Origin: Trichormus sp. ATA11-4-KO1
GTDB lineage: Bacteria > Cyanobacteriota > Cyanobacteriia > Cyanobacteriales > Nostocaceae
DNA length: 44,074 nucleotides
Assembly: GCA_019358915.1 (NCBI GenBank)
Contig: JAHHIM010000037.1
Location: 1-44,074 of the forward strand
Direction of reading: 5' to 3'
Shown: in pieces, positions 11,380 to 20,866 of the stretch
Position numbering within the stretch: position 1 is the stretch's first letter
Layout: each line of letters begins with the position of its first letter
The notes under the pieces: generated by a model
The model's database searches: none
Seen by the model: only the letters and a program-made list of their open reading frames with translations
What the model was told of the DNA's origin: nothing
Made by a program: the position numbers and the translations under genes

Positions 11380-11667
11380 TTAAACAGGAGTCTGAGGATT
11401 ATCTTGAATACTACTCACACAAGAATTAATGTGAGAGCGGATGGCTCGTTCATAAACTATAGTCTGCTTTGTGCGTATGCCTATAGGCTGATATATCAAG
11501 TTAATTTCGGGAAAGTTGCACCAATACATTAAAAAAATATCTTTGGCTGGAGTAATAATTTCATAATTATTCTCTTGTTTTTTCTTCCTCAACTTACAGT
11601 TATTTAATTTTAATTTTTGTCTAAATAATGTTTCAAATTCGGGAATTAAATTTGAACTATTTTGCAT
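11380..11667 (-). CDS. Hypothetical 95-aa protein (minus strand; ORF track strand label is wrong)
   Basis: MQNSSNLIPEF is encoded by the reverse complement starting at CAT 11665-11667 and ending at TTA 11380-11382. Confidence 0.7.
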   Translation of the reverse strand: MQNSSNLIPEFETLFRQKLKLNNCKLRKKKQENNYEIITPAKDIFLMYWCNFPEINLIYQPIGIRTKQTIVYERAIRSHINSCVSSIQDNPQTPV

Positions 11668-11761
11668 TATCTGTACACGTTTAAGCGTGCTGTTTGGTTA
11701 AACATTATCTTGTGATATTACTAAGTATGACACTTTAGCTACTATCACAATTTATTGTATC

Positions 11762-11904
11762 ATATAGCGATTCCCATTTAAGTGAGGTACAGAACTAATT
11801 TTTTTCAACGCAGAAGGACGCTAAGGTAGCGCAGAGTTACGCAAAGATTGCCCAATTTTGTTAGCGATGTACTCAGTACTTCAGCAGATTAGGAAACTCT
11901 ATAT
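11762..11904. mobile_element. Degenerate MITE-like element
   Basis: Imperfect terminal inverted repeats ATATAGCGATTCCCATTTAAGTGAGGTAC and (reverse complement) ATATAGAGTTTCCTAATCTGCTGAAGTAC (20/29), with internal CGCAGAG-type repeats. Confidence 0.55.
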
Positions 11905-12022
11905 TATGCACGAATAATTGCTTATGATAAAGAAGGAGAGAGCAAGTATGAGAAATGCCGAAAAGAATCAAGGGAGAGCCGTATCTAAATATTGAAAAAT
12001 TAAAACAAAATAAGGGATACCA

Positions 12023-14425
12023 TCACCGCGCTTCCCCAATTAAACTGAATGATGCCCAATCTCTGGGATTAGGGTATTGTTTCATCGTTGCTAACATAGC
12101 ATTACGCAAGGCTTGGGCTTTATGAGGATTTTGTTGTAACTGATGATAAAACTCAGTAGTGAACGCAGGGGTGGGAGTATCAGGTGTTGCCCATTGGGAG
12201 ATAATCACACTGGGAATACCAGCATGAATCAACGCTAAAGATAAACCCAGCACGCCATTACCAGTACTATTATTACCAGTTTCACCTGCACTGAGAAAGG
12301 CTAAATTAGCCCGTAAACGCTTTCCTTTGGGTTGGGTATACAAATGGAGAATTTCGCTGGCGGTGAGTAGTCCGTTAGCATCACCAGCACTAGCCAGGGC
12401 GATCGCGCCTGGTATGCCTTGTCTGTTAACATCATCTAATACAGCATAAGTTGCTAAATGAATTGTCTTAGCATTTGCTAACAAAGGCACAATCGCGGCT
12501 TTCGTTGCTTGATTACCAATTAAAGCGGTAGTTTTGAAGAAATCGGCAATTTCTAATGCTTCTTGTTCAGCGTTGACTAATGGTGGTAATAGCTGTGGTG
12601 TTTCATTAATTGATTGGGCAATTGCAGGCATGGTAGGATTACCCACTACTACAACTTTACTACCACCAGTTCTGTTACGGCGCTCTTTAGTTAAATTAAG
12701 GATTTGAATCGCTGGTATTGTGGTAATTGTGTGTTTTTCAATCAAGTATTGGCCATAAATATCAACCAAAGCCGGGAAGGGAATCAACCATAATTCATCT
12801 TGGGGAATAAAAATTACCTGTTCTGTAGGATTTCTTGGTAATAAGTCAGCAATTGGTTTGATTAATAGCTGATTGAGTTGTAGTAAAGGTTTAGCATTAT
12901 TATTGGGCATTTTTTCCTGATTTGGTAAACCCAAAGAAGCAGGAATACTGGCAATAACTTCGGTGATGGAATTAATAGGATAAATTGTATTTTCCGATTC
13001 GGGGTTAATTCGCCGAAATGTAATTTTACCTGTTGGTTGAATCACCCAGACATAAATTTCCTCATCTGAAATAATTGCATATTTAACTAAAGTAGCTTTT
13101 CGCTCTTGAGCAACTGTTTGAATATTGTTAATTGTTGGTAATATAATTTGCTTGGGCGCAACTTTTAAATTTGTTCCGGTTGATTCATCAGCTAAACGCA
13201 TTCCTAGTAAATTTAAAAATGATATTACGCTACCTTGTTCAGCAACTTCTAATGCTGCTTCCGGTTTTTCTTGAGCAACAAATACTTGTTGTAATAGACG
13301 ATATGTATTAGCTTGTTCAGCAGCAAAATCATTTGTATTGCCTAAATTAGCACGGAGAGATTGCCAAATTTTGATGCTTTTTTGGAGATTTTCTTCAGCA
13401 ATAGTAAAATTACCAAATTTTAGGCTCACAAATGCTAAATTATTTAAAGCTGTTCCCTCTATAAAACTATTTTTGGTAGCTTTGGCGGATGTTAATTGCT
13501 CTTGATAAACTGACAGCGCTTTTTCGTACTCTTTTAAAGAAGTATAAGCACGCCCTAATTGTTGAATTAAAGCAGCTTTATTAATAGTATAATCAGATTT
13601 TTCTGCCAGTATTAGCTGCTGTTGATAAAATGCGATCGCCTGATGGAAATCTCCTTGTAATTCATAAGTTTGGGCTAATTGATTTAAAATGTTACTTGCC
13701 AAAGCAACATCACCCACCTGATTAGCAATTTCTAATCCTTGCTGATAGAAAGCGATCGCCTGGGGAAATTCCCTTAATTCTCGATAAGCTAAAGCGATAT
13801 TTTGTAAAGAATCAATTTGCAATTGACGATTGTTGGATTCTTGAGCAATTTTTAGCTGTTGAGTGTGAAATGCAATGCTTTGTTGATATTCACCTGCTGT
13901 CTGATGTTCCAAGCCAACGTTACTTAAAAACGCCGCTTCTTTACTGGGATTACCAATTTCCCGTCTTAATACTACAGCTTTTTCTTGAAATTCTTTAGCT
14001 AACTCTTGCTCACCAACATGAAAATAAGTATTGCTGAGATGCTCAAAAATTTGGGCTATACTTGGTTGATTGCCCAACGCTTGCATAATTGTTAAACTTT
14101 GTTGATATAAAGAAATTGCCCGTTGGTACTTACCGAGAGTAAAATTAGTTTCACCTAATCGCAATAAAGTATTAGCTTCACCCGTGCGATCGCCTATTTC
14201 TTGATAAAGTCGCATAGACTCTTGCAAAGTCGCTAAAGCTGCCGCAAATTGTCCTGTAGTTAATTGTCTATTACCTAAATTTAACAATAGATTAGCACGA
14301 TATTGACGAGCTTCCAGAGTTTGATTTGGCGTTGATGCAGATAAAGGTAAACAAGTAAAACTCAAACTCAAACCATAACTTAAAAATAGGATATTTGTAG
14401 CCAAAAAATAAGACTTTAATTTCAT
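12023..14425 (-). CDS. TPR-repeat + CHAT domain protein, catalytic dyad substituted, with signal-peptide-like N-terminus
   Basis: Multiple TPRs (AISLYQQSL, AIAFYQQ), CHAT motifs VIFIPQDELWLIPFPAL, VVVGNP and PRDWASFSLIG. IHLATYA and LSAGET replace the canonical HLATHG and LSAC. Confidence 0.9.
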   Translation of the reverse strand: MKLKSYFLATNILFLSYGLSLSFTCLPLSASTPNQTLEARQYRANLLLNLGNRQLTTGQFAAALATLQESMRLYQEIGDRTGEANTLLRLGETNFTLGKYQRAISLYQQSLTIMQALGNQPSIAQIFEHLSNTYFHVGEQELAKEFQEKAVVLRREIGNPSKEAAFLSNVGLEHQTAGEYQQSIAFHTQQLKIAQESNNRQLQIDSLQNIALAYRELREFPQAIAFYQQGLEIANQVGDVALASNILNQLAQTYELQGDFHQAIAFYQQQLILAEKSDYTINKAALIQQLGRAYTSLKEYEKALSVYQEQLTSAKATKNSFIEGTALNNLAFVSLKFGNFTIAEENLQKSIKIWQSLRANLGNTNDFAAEQANTYRLLQQVFVAQEKPEAALEVAEQGSVISFLNLLGMRLADESTGTNLKVAPKQIILPTINNIQTVAQERKATLVKYAIISDEEIYVWVIQPTGKITFRRINPESENTIYPINSITEVIASIPASLGLPNQEKMPNNNAKPLLQLNQLLIKPIADLLPRNPTEQVIFIPQDELWLIPFPALVDIYGQYLIEKHTITTIPAIQILNLTKERRNRTGGSKVVVVGNPTMPAIAQSINETPQLLPPLVNAEQEALEIADFFKTTALIGNQATKAAIVPLLANAKTIHLATYAVLDDVNRQGIPGAIALASAGDANGLLTASEILHLYTQPKGKRLRANLAFLSAGETGNNSTGNGVLGLSLALIHAGIPSVIISQWATPDTPTPAFTTEFYHQLQQNPHKAQALRNAMLATMKQYPNPRDWASFSLIGEAR

Positions 14426-14480
14426 ATTTTTATTGATAAAAAAATAAATTAAATTATTCTTTACTCAGCACTCAGCACTT

Positions 14481-17213
14481 TTAATCAAACCCCGGCGGTA
14501 ATTCTAAAGGCGAAAGTTTTCCTGGTTGGGAAGGTGCAGGTGAACCAGGAGTTGGAGTCGGAGCAGAACTGGAAGCAGGGGTTGGAGTAACTTGAGTTGC
14601 ACCCGCATTACCAGGGGTTTGTGTAGATTGTCCGGGTAGAGGTGTTGGAATTACAGGAGGTAAATTTGGTGGTGCAATTATTGGCGAAACAGGTGGGAGA
14701 AAAGTTTCAATAATGACTGAGCGACTAATTATTTCACCAGCAGGATTAGTCACTTGTAAAGTAATTTTTTCACTACCGGGTTGTTGACTAATGGGGTATT
14801 GGATCGTACCTGCGCGGCTAACATCTCCTGGAGACGGTAATAGTTCAACTTTGAGATTTCTACTACCTTCTACTTGCCAAGATAAATTAATAGCTTGACT
14901 AGCTTGATTAGGATTAATCAGAATTGAATATTTAGGCGGGGGACTTGCACCATTAATAGTGAAAGTTGTAATATTACTAATAAGTGGCTGGACTTGAATA
15001 ACATCTGTTTTTTGTGATGCTGTTGGTTCAGCAGTATCAGTTTGAGAAAATAACTGAAGTTCAAAAATATAGTTTCCTGGCTCACGATTATTCGCCAGAA
15101 CATTTTGACAGCTGAGTTGATTTTGCTGTTGTTGACAAAAAGCACTAAGTTGATTGGGAATACCTTGACTGAAATTATAAGTTTGGAGTTGACTATTAAC
15201 TACTCCTTCAGGCGATCGCCCAATTACTCGTAATTCTTTTATTTTGGCTAAATCATTAATTTTCCAATTCAAACGAATTGTATCTGGTCTAATTCCAATA
15301 TTATTTGCTAAATTTACTGGCGCTTCTCGATATACAGGCAAGGTAGAAGCAAACTCTAAAATTTTGGGCGGGGGAACAGGAGAAGTTGGAGTAATTTTAA
15401 TAGTATTAGTTTTCACCAAATCAGCTGCTGTTTCGGGATTTCTTTTATTAAACGCTTGCAGTTCAAAAATGTAATCTCCAGGTTTACGAGCATCTGTGGG
15501 TACATAAGAACAAGTTAATACCGCCCCCATCTGACAAAATTGCTGGAGTTCATCGGGAATTCCATTGTTAAAGTTATAAATAATTGGTTGCACTGCTGTA
15601 GTACCGTCGGCAAACAAACCACTGAGAGATAAACTTTGCAGTGTTTTAGGGTTGTGAATTTGCCAACTCAGGCGAATAAAGTCATTATTAGCTTGTTGAT
15701 ATGCAGTATCTGGCGAATTAAATTGCCGAATTTTCGGGGGTGCAGGCGATCGCAATAACCACCATAGCAAAAAGGCGATCGCTACTAAAGTTCCCAAACC
15801 CGTTAGCAACAGCAAGATAAATTGCCACCAAGGGCGTGGTTCCCAAATTAAAGTTCCTGGTAGGGAATTATAAGACAAAGGCAGTTGCTGTTGGTCTGCC
15901 AATTCAAGGCGAAAATTCAGCAATCTACCTGCGCCAAAAATCGGCCGCCGCCACCATTGAACTGGTGTCACTGTCAATTGTGAATTAGCTTTTTCTCCTG
16001 GTAACAAGCGCATCTGTGCTGGAGAAATTGTATAAGTACAGCATTTCTCTTCATCAGCCGCCATCGGCTGACAAACAATTTCTCGTGCGGTGTTACCTGC
16101 ATTCATCAACTTGACTGCAAACACCCCTCCTTTGCGTCTCACCCTACCCACAACTGTCATTAGTTCCACATTCAGCAGGTAGGAGGGCAAAATTTCCAAA
16201 TACACCACATCCAACAGCGCCAAGTCTGGACTGTTGGCAGAGTGCAAACGGAGCGTGGGATAATAAACACCAGCGATCGCACTTACTGGCGGATTAAACA
16301 GCAGGGTAATTTCACCCTTTTCATCAGGATTCAGATTCAAACCCATGTTGGGGATAATCAATCCCGCTCTTTCCAAACCTTCTGGGTAACGAACACTAAA
16401 CCAATTTTCATCAAAATCTAGACAACTCAAGCGAAAACGGTCTACTCGGTCAGAACGGTTGTGGACATTGACACTAACTTGTAGCATACCTCCCGGTGGA
16501 ATTGGTGCAGGCGATCGCGAACTAGTCGGTGGTAGAAGTGTAAATGTCGGATCACTAACGCGCACAACCGTTTCAATTGCAGGCAAAACCTGAAGCCGTG
16601 ACTGATGACGAATTGGTGTATGCTCTGGGTAGTGCAGAGGTGCATCAACAATTATCAGATAATTGTAAGTACTAGGAATTGCCGTTACAGGCACATCAAA
16701 CTGAAAAAATATTTCACCCAATGAGTTAGGCCCTAATGCCAATCTTTGGTGAGGTGCATCACACCATTGAATTAATTGGGGGGATAACTCATCAATAAAA
16801 ACATCAATTAATGCACTTTCAACACCTTTATTTGTCACTGTCACAGAAATTTCAAACCGAGAACCAGCCTGTACAGCATAATCCCCAGAAGGATTAAAAA
16901 TTATCGCCAGGGGATTACCAGGAGCCAAACTTTGTTGGATATTTTGTTGTTGAATTCCTCTTTTAGCAGCAAGATTAATCCGGTATTTCACCTCACCAGA
17001 AGTTAACACTTCCTGTACAAAACCTTGTTCAACCAACTCATCCAACAAATCCAAAGTAGCTTGTTGATTCAAATCGATCTCAAAAGACGCTTCAGCTAAA
17101 GTTACAGCTTCAGGCGATCGCTTGATCATCCACTGCACAAGCTTACGTTGTTGAGGCGGTAGCGTCAGCACCTCTAACATACTCAAACCAGGTCTTGAAT
17201 TTGTAGTAGTCAT
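14481..17213 (-). CDS. CIS-associated bitopic membrane protein: wHTH-like N-terminus, Ig-like repeats, one TM helix, duplicated Cys-containing domains, Pro-rich tail
   Basis: Beta-sandwich patterns (EISVTVTNKG, QVSVNVHNRS, AVKLMNAGN) and TM WWQFILLLLTGLGTLVAIAFLLWWLL. Two copies of PPKI..F...IRL.W.I...YNF..GIP..L..FC...L.C......R.PG.YIFELQ.F follow. Confidence 0.75.
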   Translation of the reverse strand: MTTTNSRPGLSMLEVLTLPPQQRKLVQWMIKRSPEAVTLAEASFEIDLNQQATLDLLDELVEQGFVQEVLTSGEVKYRINLAAKRGIQQQNIQQSLAPGNPLAIIFNPSGDYAVQAGSRFEISVTVTNKGVESALIDVFIDELSPQLIQWCDAPHQRLALGPNSLGEIFFQFDVPVTAIPSTYNYLIIVDAPLHYPEHTPIRHQSRLQVLPAIETVVRVSDPTFTLLPPTSSRSPAPIPPGGMLQVSVNVHNRSDRVDRFRLSCLDFDENWFSVRYPEGLERAGLIIPNMGLNLNPDEKGEITLLFNPPVSAIAGVYYPTLRLHSANSPDLALLDVVYLEILPSYLLNVELMTVVGRVRRKGGVFAVKLMNAGNTAREIVCQPMAADEEKCCTYTISPAQMRLLPGEKANSQLTVTPVQWWRRPIFGAGRLLNFRLELADQQQLPLSYNSLPGTLIWEPRPWWQFILLLLTGLGTLVAIAFLLWWLLRSPAPPKIRQFNSPDTAYQQANNDFIRLSWQIHNPKTLQSLSLSGLFADGTTAVQPIIYNFNNGIPDELQQFCQMGAVLTCSYVPTDARKPGDYIFELQAFNKRNPETAADLVKTNTIKITPTSPVPPPKILEFASTLPVYREAPVNLANNIGIRPDTIRLNWKINDLAKIKELRVIGRSPEGVVNSQLQTYNFSQGIPNQLSAFCQQQQNQLSCQNVLANNREPGNYIFELQLFSQTDTAEPTASQKTDVIQVQPLISNITTFTINGASPPPKYSILINPNQASQAINLSWQVEGSRNLKVELLPSPGDVSRAGTIQYPISQQPGSEKITLQVTNPAGEIISRSVIIETFLPPVSPIIAPPNLPPVIPTPLPGQSTQTPGNAGATQVTPTPASSSAPTPTPGSPAPSQPGKLSPLELPPGFD

Positions 17214-17277
17214 GCTGATCCCCCTATAAAAAATTGAATAATTTATCTCTCGAAAATCCTAATAAAAGGCAATTCAT

Positions 17278-19455
17278 TCATATTCCACACTGCGAATTTT
17301 GGTCTGGCTTCACATCCACCCTCACCTGATTATCATCATTAGCACTAATAATCAAAACACGTTGATTAACCACTTTAATATCAACACTATTAAATTTTTG
17401 AGCAGCAGAACGTACTACTTGACCATTCGGAACAGCTCGACCACCTGCCGTTGTTAACGGCCATAACATCACACGATTATCATCTCCTCCACTTGCCAAA
17501 TAACAACCATCATTACTAATAGCAACCGAGCGTACCGCCTTACCACCATGACCACTAGACCAGCGATCAATAACTTCACATTGACCATTATTATTACTCA
17601 CACATGATTGCATATCCCACAACGTAATTTGCCCATTATTGTCAGCCGTAACTAACCGATTAGGTTTGTATTCTGCACTATCTACACCGACAATATAATC
17701 ATTTTGTCCTCCTGGAGGATTATATTGTATTGGTATTAAATTATCCTGTGACCGATTCCACATGACTAAATTATTGTATCTACCTCCGATTAATAAATTT
17801 TGTCTCTCTTGCCCAATAAGCGCAAAACCATAAATAGCAAAATCAACTTGCTGTGTCTTTAAAGGTTGATTAATCATCACAAGTTGTTGAAAACTTGTGG
17901 AACTACGTAAAAGAGCATCATTCATATCCCATTGCACAATCAAACCACTGCCATGACCACTAAATAAAGAGCGTGAACTTTGACTAAACTCCAGTGCTAA
18001 AACGCGATCATCTTTATTAACAGATAAACTAGCTTTGGGTTTATTAGTACTACCAAGGACATTCCAAAGTTGGATTTCACCATTTTCTAAACCTGCTGCC
18101 ACTACATCATTATCTACAGGTTTATAACGAACAACGCGTACAGATTTGCCAGCATCTTTGGACATTTGTCCATCGTGTTGATTAATGAAGGGATTAGTGA
18201 AACCAGCAACACGCCATCTGATTATACTTTGGTCTTGAGAACCACTTACAGCTTTGTCACCAACTCCATTAAACTGCACATAATTTACAGAACGGTGATG
18301 CCCGAAAAAAGGGCTATTGGGGTTGAGCCATGATGCAGCCCAGAGTAAAGAAAGCAGCAGAATTAATAATATTAATTGTAGCCAGGGATGAAGTACAGGA
18401 TGAATAGTCAGCCTTAAAAATTGGTTTTCATTGGTAACATTCATGCGCTGGTCTGATACAATAGCTTTAACTATAAAAGAAAGTTTTTGAGCTAGACCAA
18501 ACCACCGTCGCCGCTTACTCACCAATAATTGAAAATGTTCTGTATTACCTGGTGGCAATTCTATAAATTCGGGTGTAATTTCCCAGAAACATTTTGGCTG
18601 GTCTTCATCACCTTTTTTGAATTCAATGTGTACTTGTTCGCTTAAATTGCTGGCATTTTGACACTCTAGAATGTAAGTAGTAGAGTTAGTTCGCCACTGG
18701 GGTAACCAAGTGCGAGATGCAGGTATTCGTTGCTTTTCAGGAATGCACTGAAAATCAATAAATCCCCCCGGTAACACCTTAATTAACCCTTCGGGACTAG
18801 AAGATGGGTAACCGTTGAGATGTGTAGCTTCAATAGTGAAAGGATATACCTTGCTGGCGACTTCCTCAGGAACTGGTAATTGGCACAAAAAAGATGTTTC
18901 AGCTTTAGCACCCGCCGCAATTTGTAATTGTTGTTCAACACCATCTAGCAGCCATTTTGGTTCTAAACCACAAAATCGCAGCGAAACACTAGCAGGAATT
19001 TGACTAGAATTAGTAACGCGAACTGGTATTTCAATTAGTGTTTGTGGTAAAGCCGAAAACTCTCGCACAGGTAACTCCACGTGCATGGGTATAGAATCCG
19101 TTCCCAGCTCGATCATCAGACGTAATAGTTGTCTATCTTCATCTCCCAGTTCTAATGAAAAAATACGGACTATGACGTTCATTTTGCCGACAAAACCAGC
19201 AATAGGTGTATCAGTAATAGTCACGTAAAATTTTGTAATATCTCCAGGTGGATTTTTGGCACTAACTGCGGGTGTAATACCATACCAATTAGAACCCAAA
19301 CTAGAGCTACTACCTGCGGCGATGATTTCTAATTGAAAAGAAGCAAACTGATTACTTTCATTAACAACACTTACTTCAAAAGATGCTGGTGAACTACCTG
19401 GTTTAAAGTGAAGTACTTTTGTAGAAATATTGGTATTTATAAGTTTAACTGGCAT
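17278..19455 (-). CDS. CIS-associated bitopic membrane protein: Ig-like repeats, one TM helix, C-terminal WD40 propeller
   Basis: FEVSVVNES and EIPVRVTNSS Ig-like strands, TM WLQLILLILLLSLLWAASWL, and WD40 repeats (GHHRSVNYVQF...SGSQDQSIIRW; GHGGKAVRSVAIS...LASGGDDNRVMLW). Confidence 0.78.
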   Translation of the reverse strand: MPVKLINTNISTKVLHFKPGSSPASFEVSVVNESNQFASFQLEIIAAGSSSSLGSNWYGITPAVSAKNPPGDITKFYVTITDTPIAGFVGKMNVIVRIFSLELGDEDRQLLRLMIELGTDSIPMHVELPVREFSALPQTLIEIPVRVTNSSQIPASVSLRFCGLEPKWLLDGVEQQLQIAAGAKAETSFLCQLPVPEEVASKVYPFTIEATHLNGYPSSSPEGLIKVLPGGFIDFQCIPEKQRIPASRTWLPQWRTNSTTYILECQNASNLSEQVHIEFKKGDEDQPKCFWEITPEFIELPPGNTEHFQLLVSKRRRWFGLAQKLSFIVKAIVSDQRMNVTNENQFLRLTIHPVLHPWLQLILLILLLSLLWAASWLNPNSPFFGHHRSVNYVQFNGVGDKAVSGSQDQSIIRWRVAGFTNPFINQHDGQMSKDAGKSVRVVRYKPVDNDVVAAGLENGEIQLWNVLGSTNKPKASLSVNKDDRVLALEFSQSSRSLFSGHGSGLIVQWDMNDALLRSSTSFQQLVMINQPLKTQQVDFAIYGFALIGQERQNLLIGGRYNNLVMWNRSQDNLIPIQYNPPGGQNDYIVGVDSAEYKPNRLVTADNNGQITLWDMQSCVSNNNGQCEVIDRWSSGHGGKAVRSVAISNDGCYLASGGDDNRVMLWPLTTAGGRAVPNGQVVRSAAQKFNSVDIKVVNQRVLIISANDDNQVRVDVKPDQNSQCGI

Positions 19456-19554
19456 AAGTAAGTGCTGAGTGCTGAGTGCTGAGTGCTGAGTGGCTTTCTG
19501 AGTGCTGAGTGCGCTCGCCCTGAGCGAAGTCGAAGGGGAGTGCTGAGTTGGGAG

Positions 19555-20817
19555 TTATTGCTCTAACTTGTTAAAGACGTTTCTTAAAGCGTCGGGTTTG
19601 GCTGGTGTGGTTGATGTTGATGCAGTAAAAGTAGTCTGTCGTTGTAACTGAGTCATTTGTCGTCTAGCCCAGGCAAAATGTAAAATGTTAATTCCTAATT
19701 CTTGTGCAGTGCGAATCGTTTCTCGTGGTAAAGATAGGTTTTCATCTAATCCCCAAGCGGCTGATAAATCACCAATTACTACAACAATGCCGCCTGCAAT
19801 TAACATTTGAATGGGCTTTTGGTTAAAGGTGGGGAGGGCTGCAAATAAAAACGGTTGTGTCCGCATGGGGTGATGGCGGTCTAAGCGACGCAAATCTTCT
19901 AAAGGCGTATCTAATTTTTCGGTGAGATCCAAAATACTATCTAGTCGGTCGATAGCATCAGTAGGGGATTCTATCAGCAGGACTCCGCCAGCATCTAAAT
20001 AGCTTTTGAGGTCAGTTAATTCTTGTATATCCAGAGGTATTGCTTGACGACCGGTGGTGAAGAGCAAATCATAGGCGATCGCTCTAGTAATATCCTGTAG
20101 AGGAAAGGCTAGTCGAGCAATTTGCTCGGCTCCCTGGAAGGTGCTGGTAAGATTGGCTGTGGATTTGAGTAAAAAAGAAAGATTAGCAAAACTGTTGGGG
20201 TCTTGTGCTGGGACAGTTTCCAGGTGAGCAACACTGATGATCGCACTAGGACGCGATCGCGCTATTGGACGATGACGGAAGTCCAAACAATTCAAACCTG
20301 GATAAAATACATCTTGGGGATTTTTAAGATTAACTAATCCCGATTGCAACAAAATCCGGCACAATTCCACTTCCATAGCATCTGGAGGCGTGGTTTTTTC
20401 GTCAATGCGAAAAGTTTCCGGCTCAAACTCTTTTACTTGCTGACGTTGCAAGTTCTCCGGGTCTACATAACTCACCACAATGTAAATCAGGCGGGGTTTT
20501 TCTTCTGTAATATCCGCCGCTATGCGAAAGTCTATCGGTTGTGATACAACAATCGGGTTACCAACTACATCAATGGCGATCCCTGGCTGAATCTGCAACC
20601 ATCGCTGATCATTGTATTGCGAGGGGACATCTTTGGGAGCAGGAATCAAACTCACACCCAAACCACAAACAATCCCCGGTTGATTGAGCGACTGATAATG
20701 AATATTTTGACGCTGACGGTGGTAATCATGCGATCGCTTCCATCGTTCCGCATTTACCAGTAAACCATCTTGAATTTGCAAACGTTCTAAAGGTTGAATT
20801 TGGGGTGGGGGATACAT
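19555..20817 (-). CDS. CIS tail-fibre/adaptor-like protein with C-terminal DUF4159-like domain
   Basis: N-terminal ERLQIQDGLL...HDYHRQRQ...PGIVCGLGV...IQPGIAIDVVGNPIVV is typical of CIS baseplate-associated fibre proteins. The C-terminus has LKSYLDAGGVLLIE...HPMRTQPF...LGINILHFA. Likely ATG at 20817. Confidence 0.7.
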   Translation of the reverse strand: MYPPPQIQPLERLQIQDGLLVNAERWKRSHDYHRQRQNIHYQSLNQPGIVCGLGVSLIPAPKDVPSQYNDQRWLQIQPGIAIDVVGNPIVVSQPIDFRIAADITEEKPRLIYIVVSYVDPENLQRQQVKEFEPETFRIDEKTTPPDAMEVELCRILLQSGLVNLKNPQDVFYPGLNCLDFRHRPIARSRPSAIISVAHLETVPAQDPNSFANLSFLLKSTANLTSTFQGAEQIARLAFPLQDITRAIAYDLLFTTGRQAIPLDIQELTDLKSYLDAGGVLLIESPTDAIDRLDSILDLTEKLDTPLEDLRRLDRHHPMRTQPFLFAALPTFNQKPIQMLIAGGIVVVIGDLSAAWGLDENLSLPRETIRTAQELGINILHFAWARRQMTQLQRQTTFTASTSTTPAKPDALRNVFNKLEQ

Positions 20818-20866
20818 AGGAGATAGGTGACAGGGGATAAATAATTCTTTACTCAGCACTCAGCAC

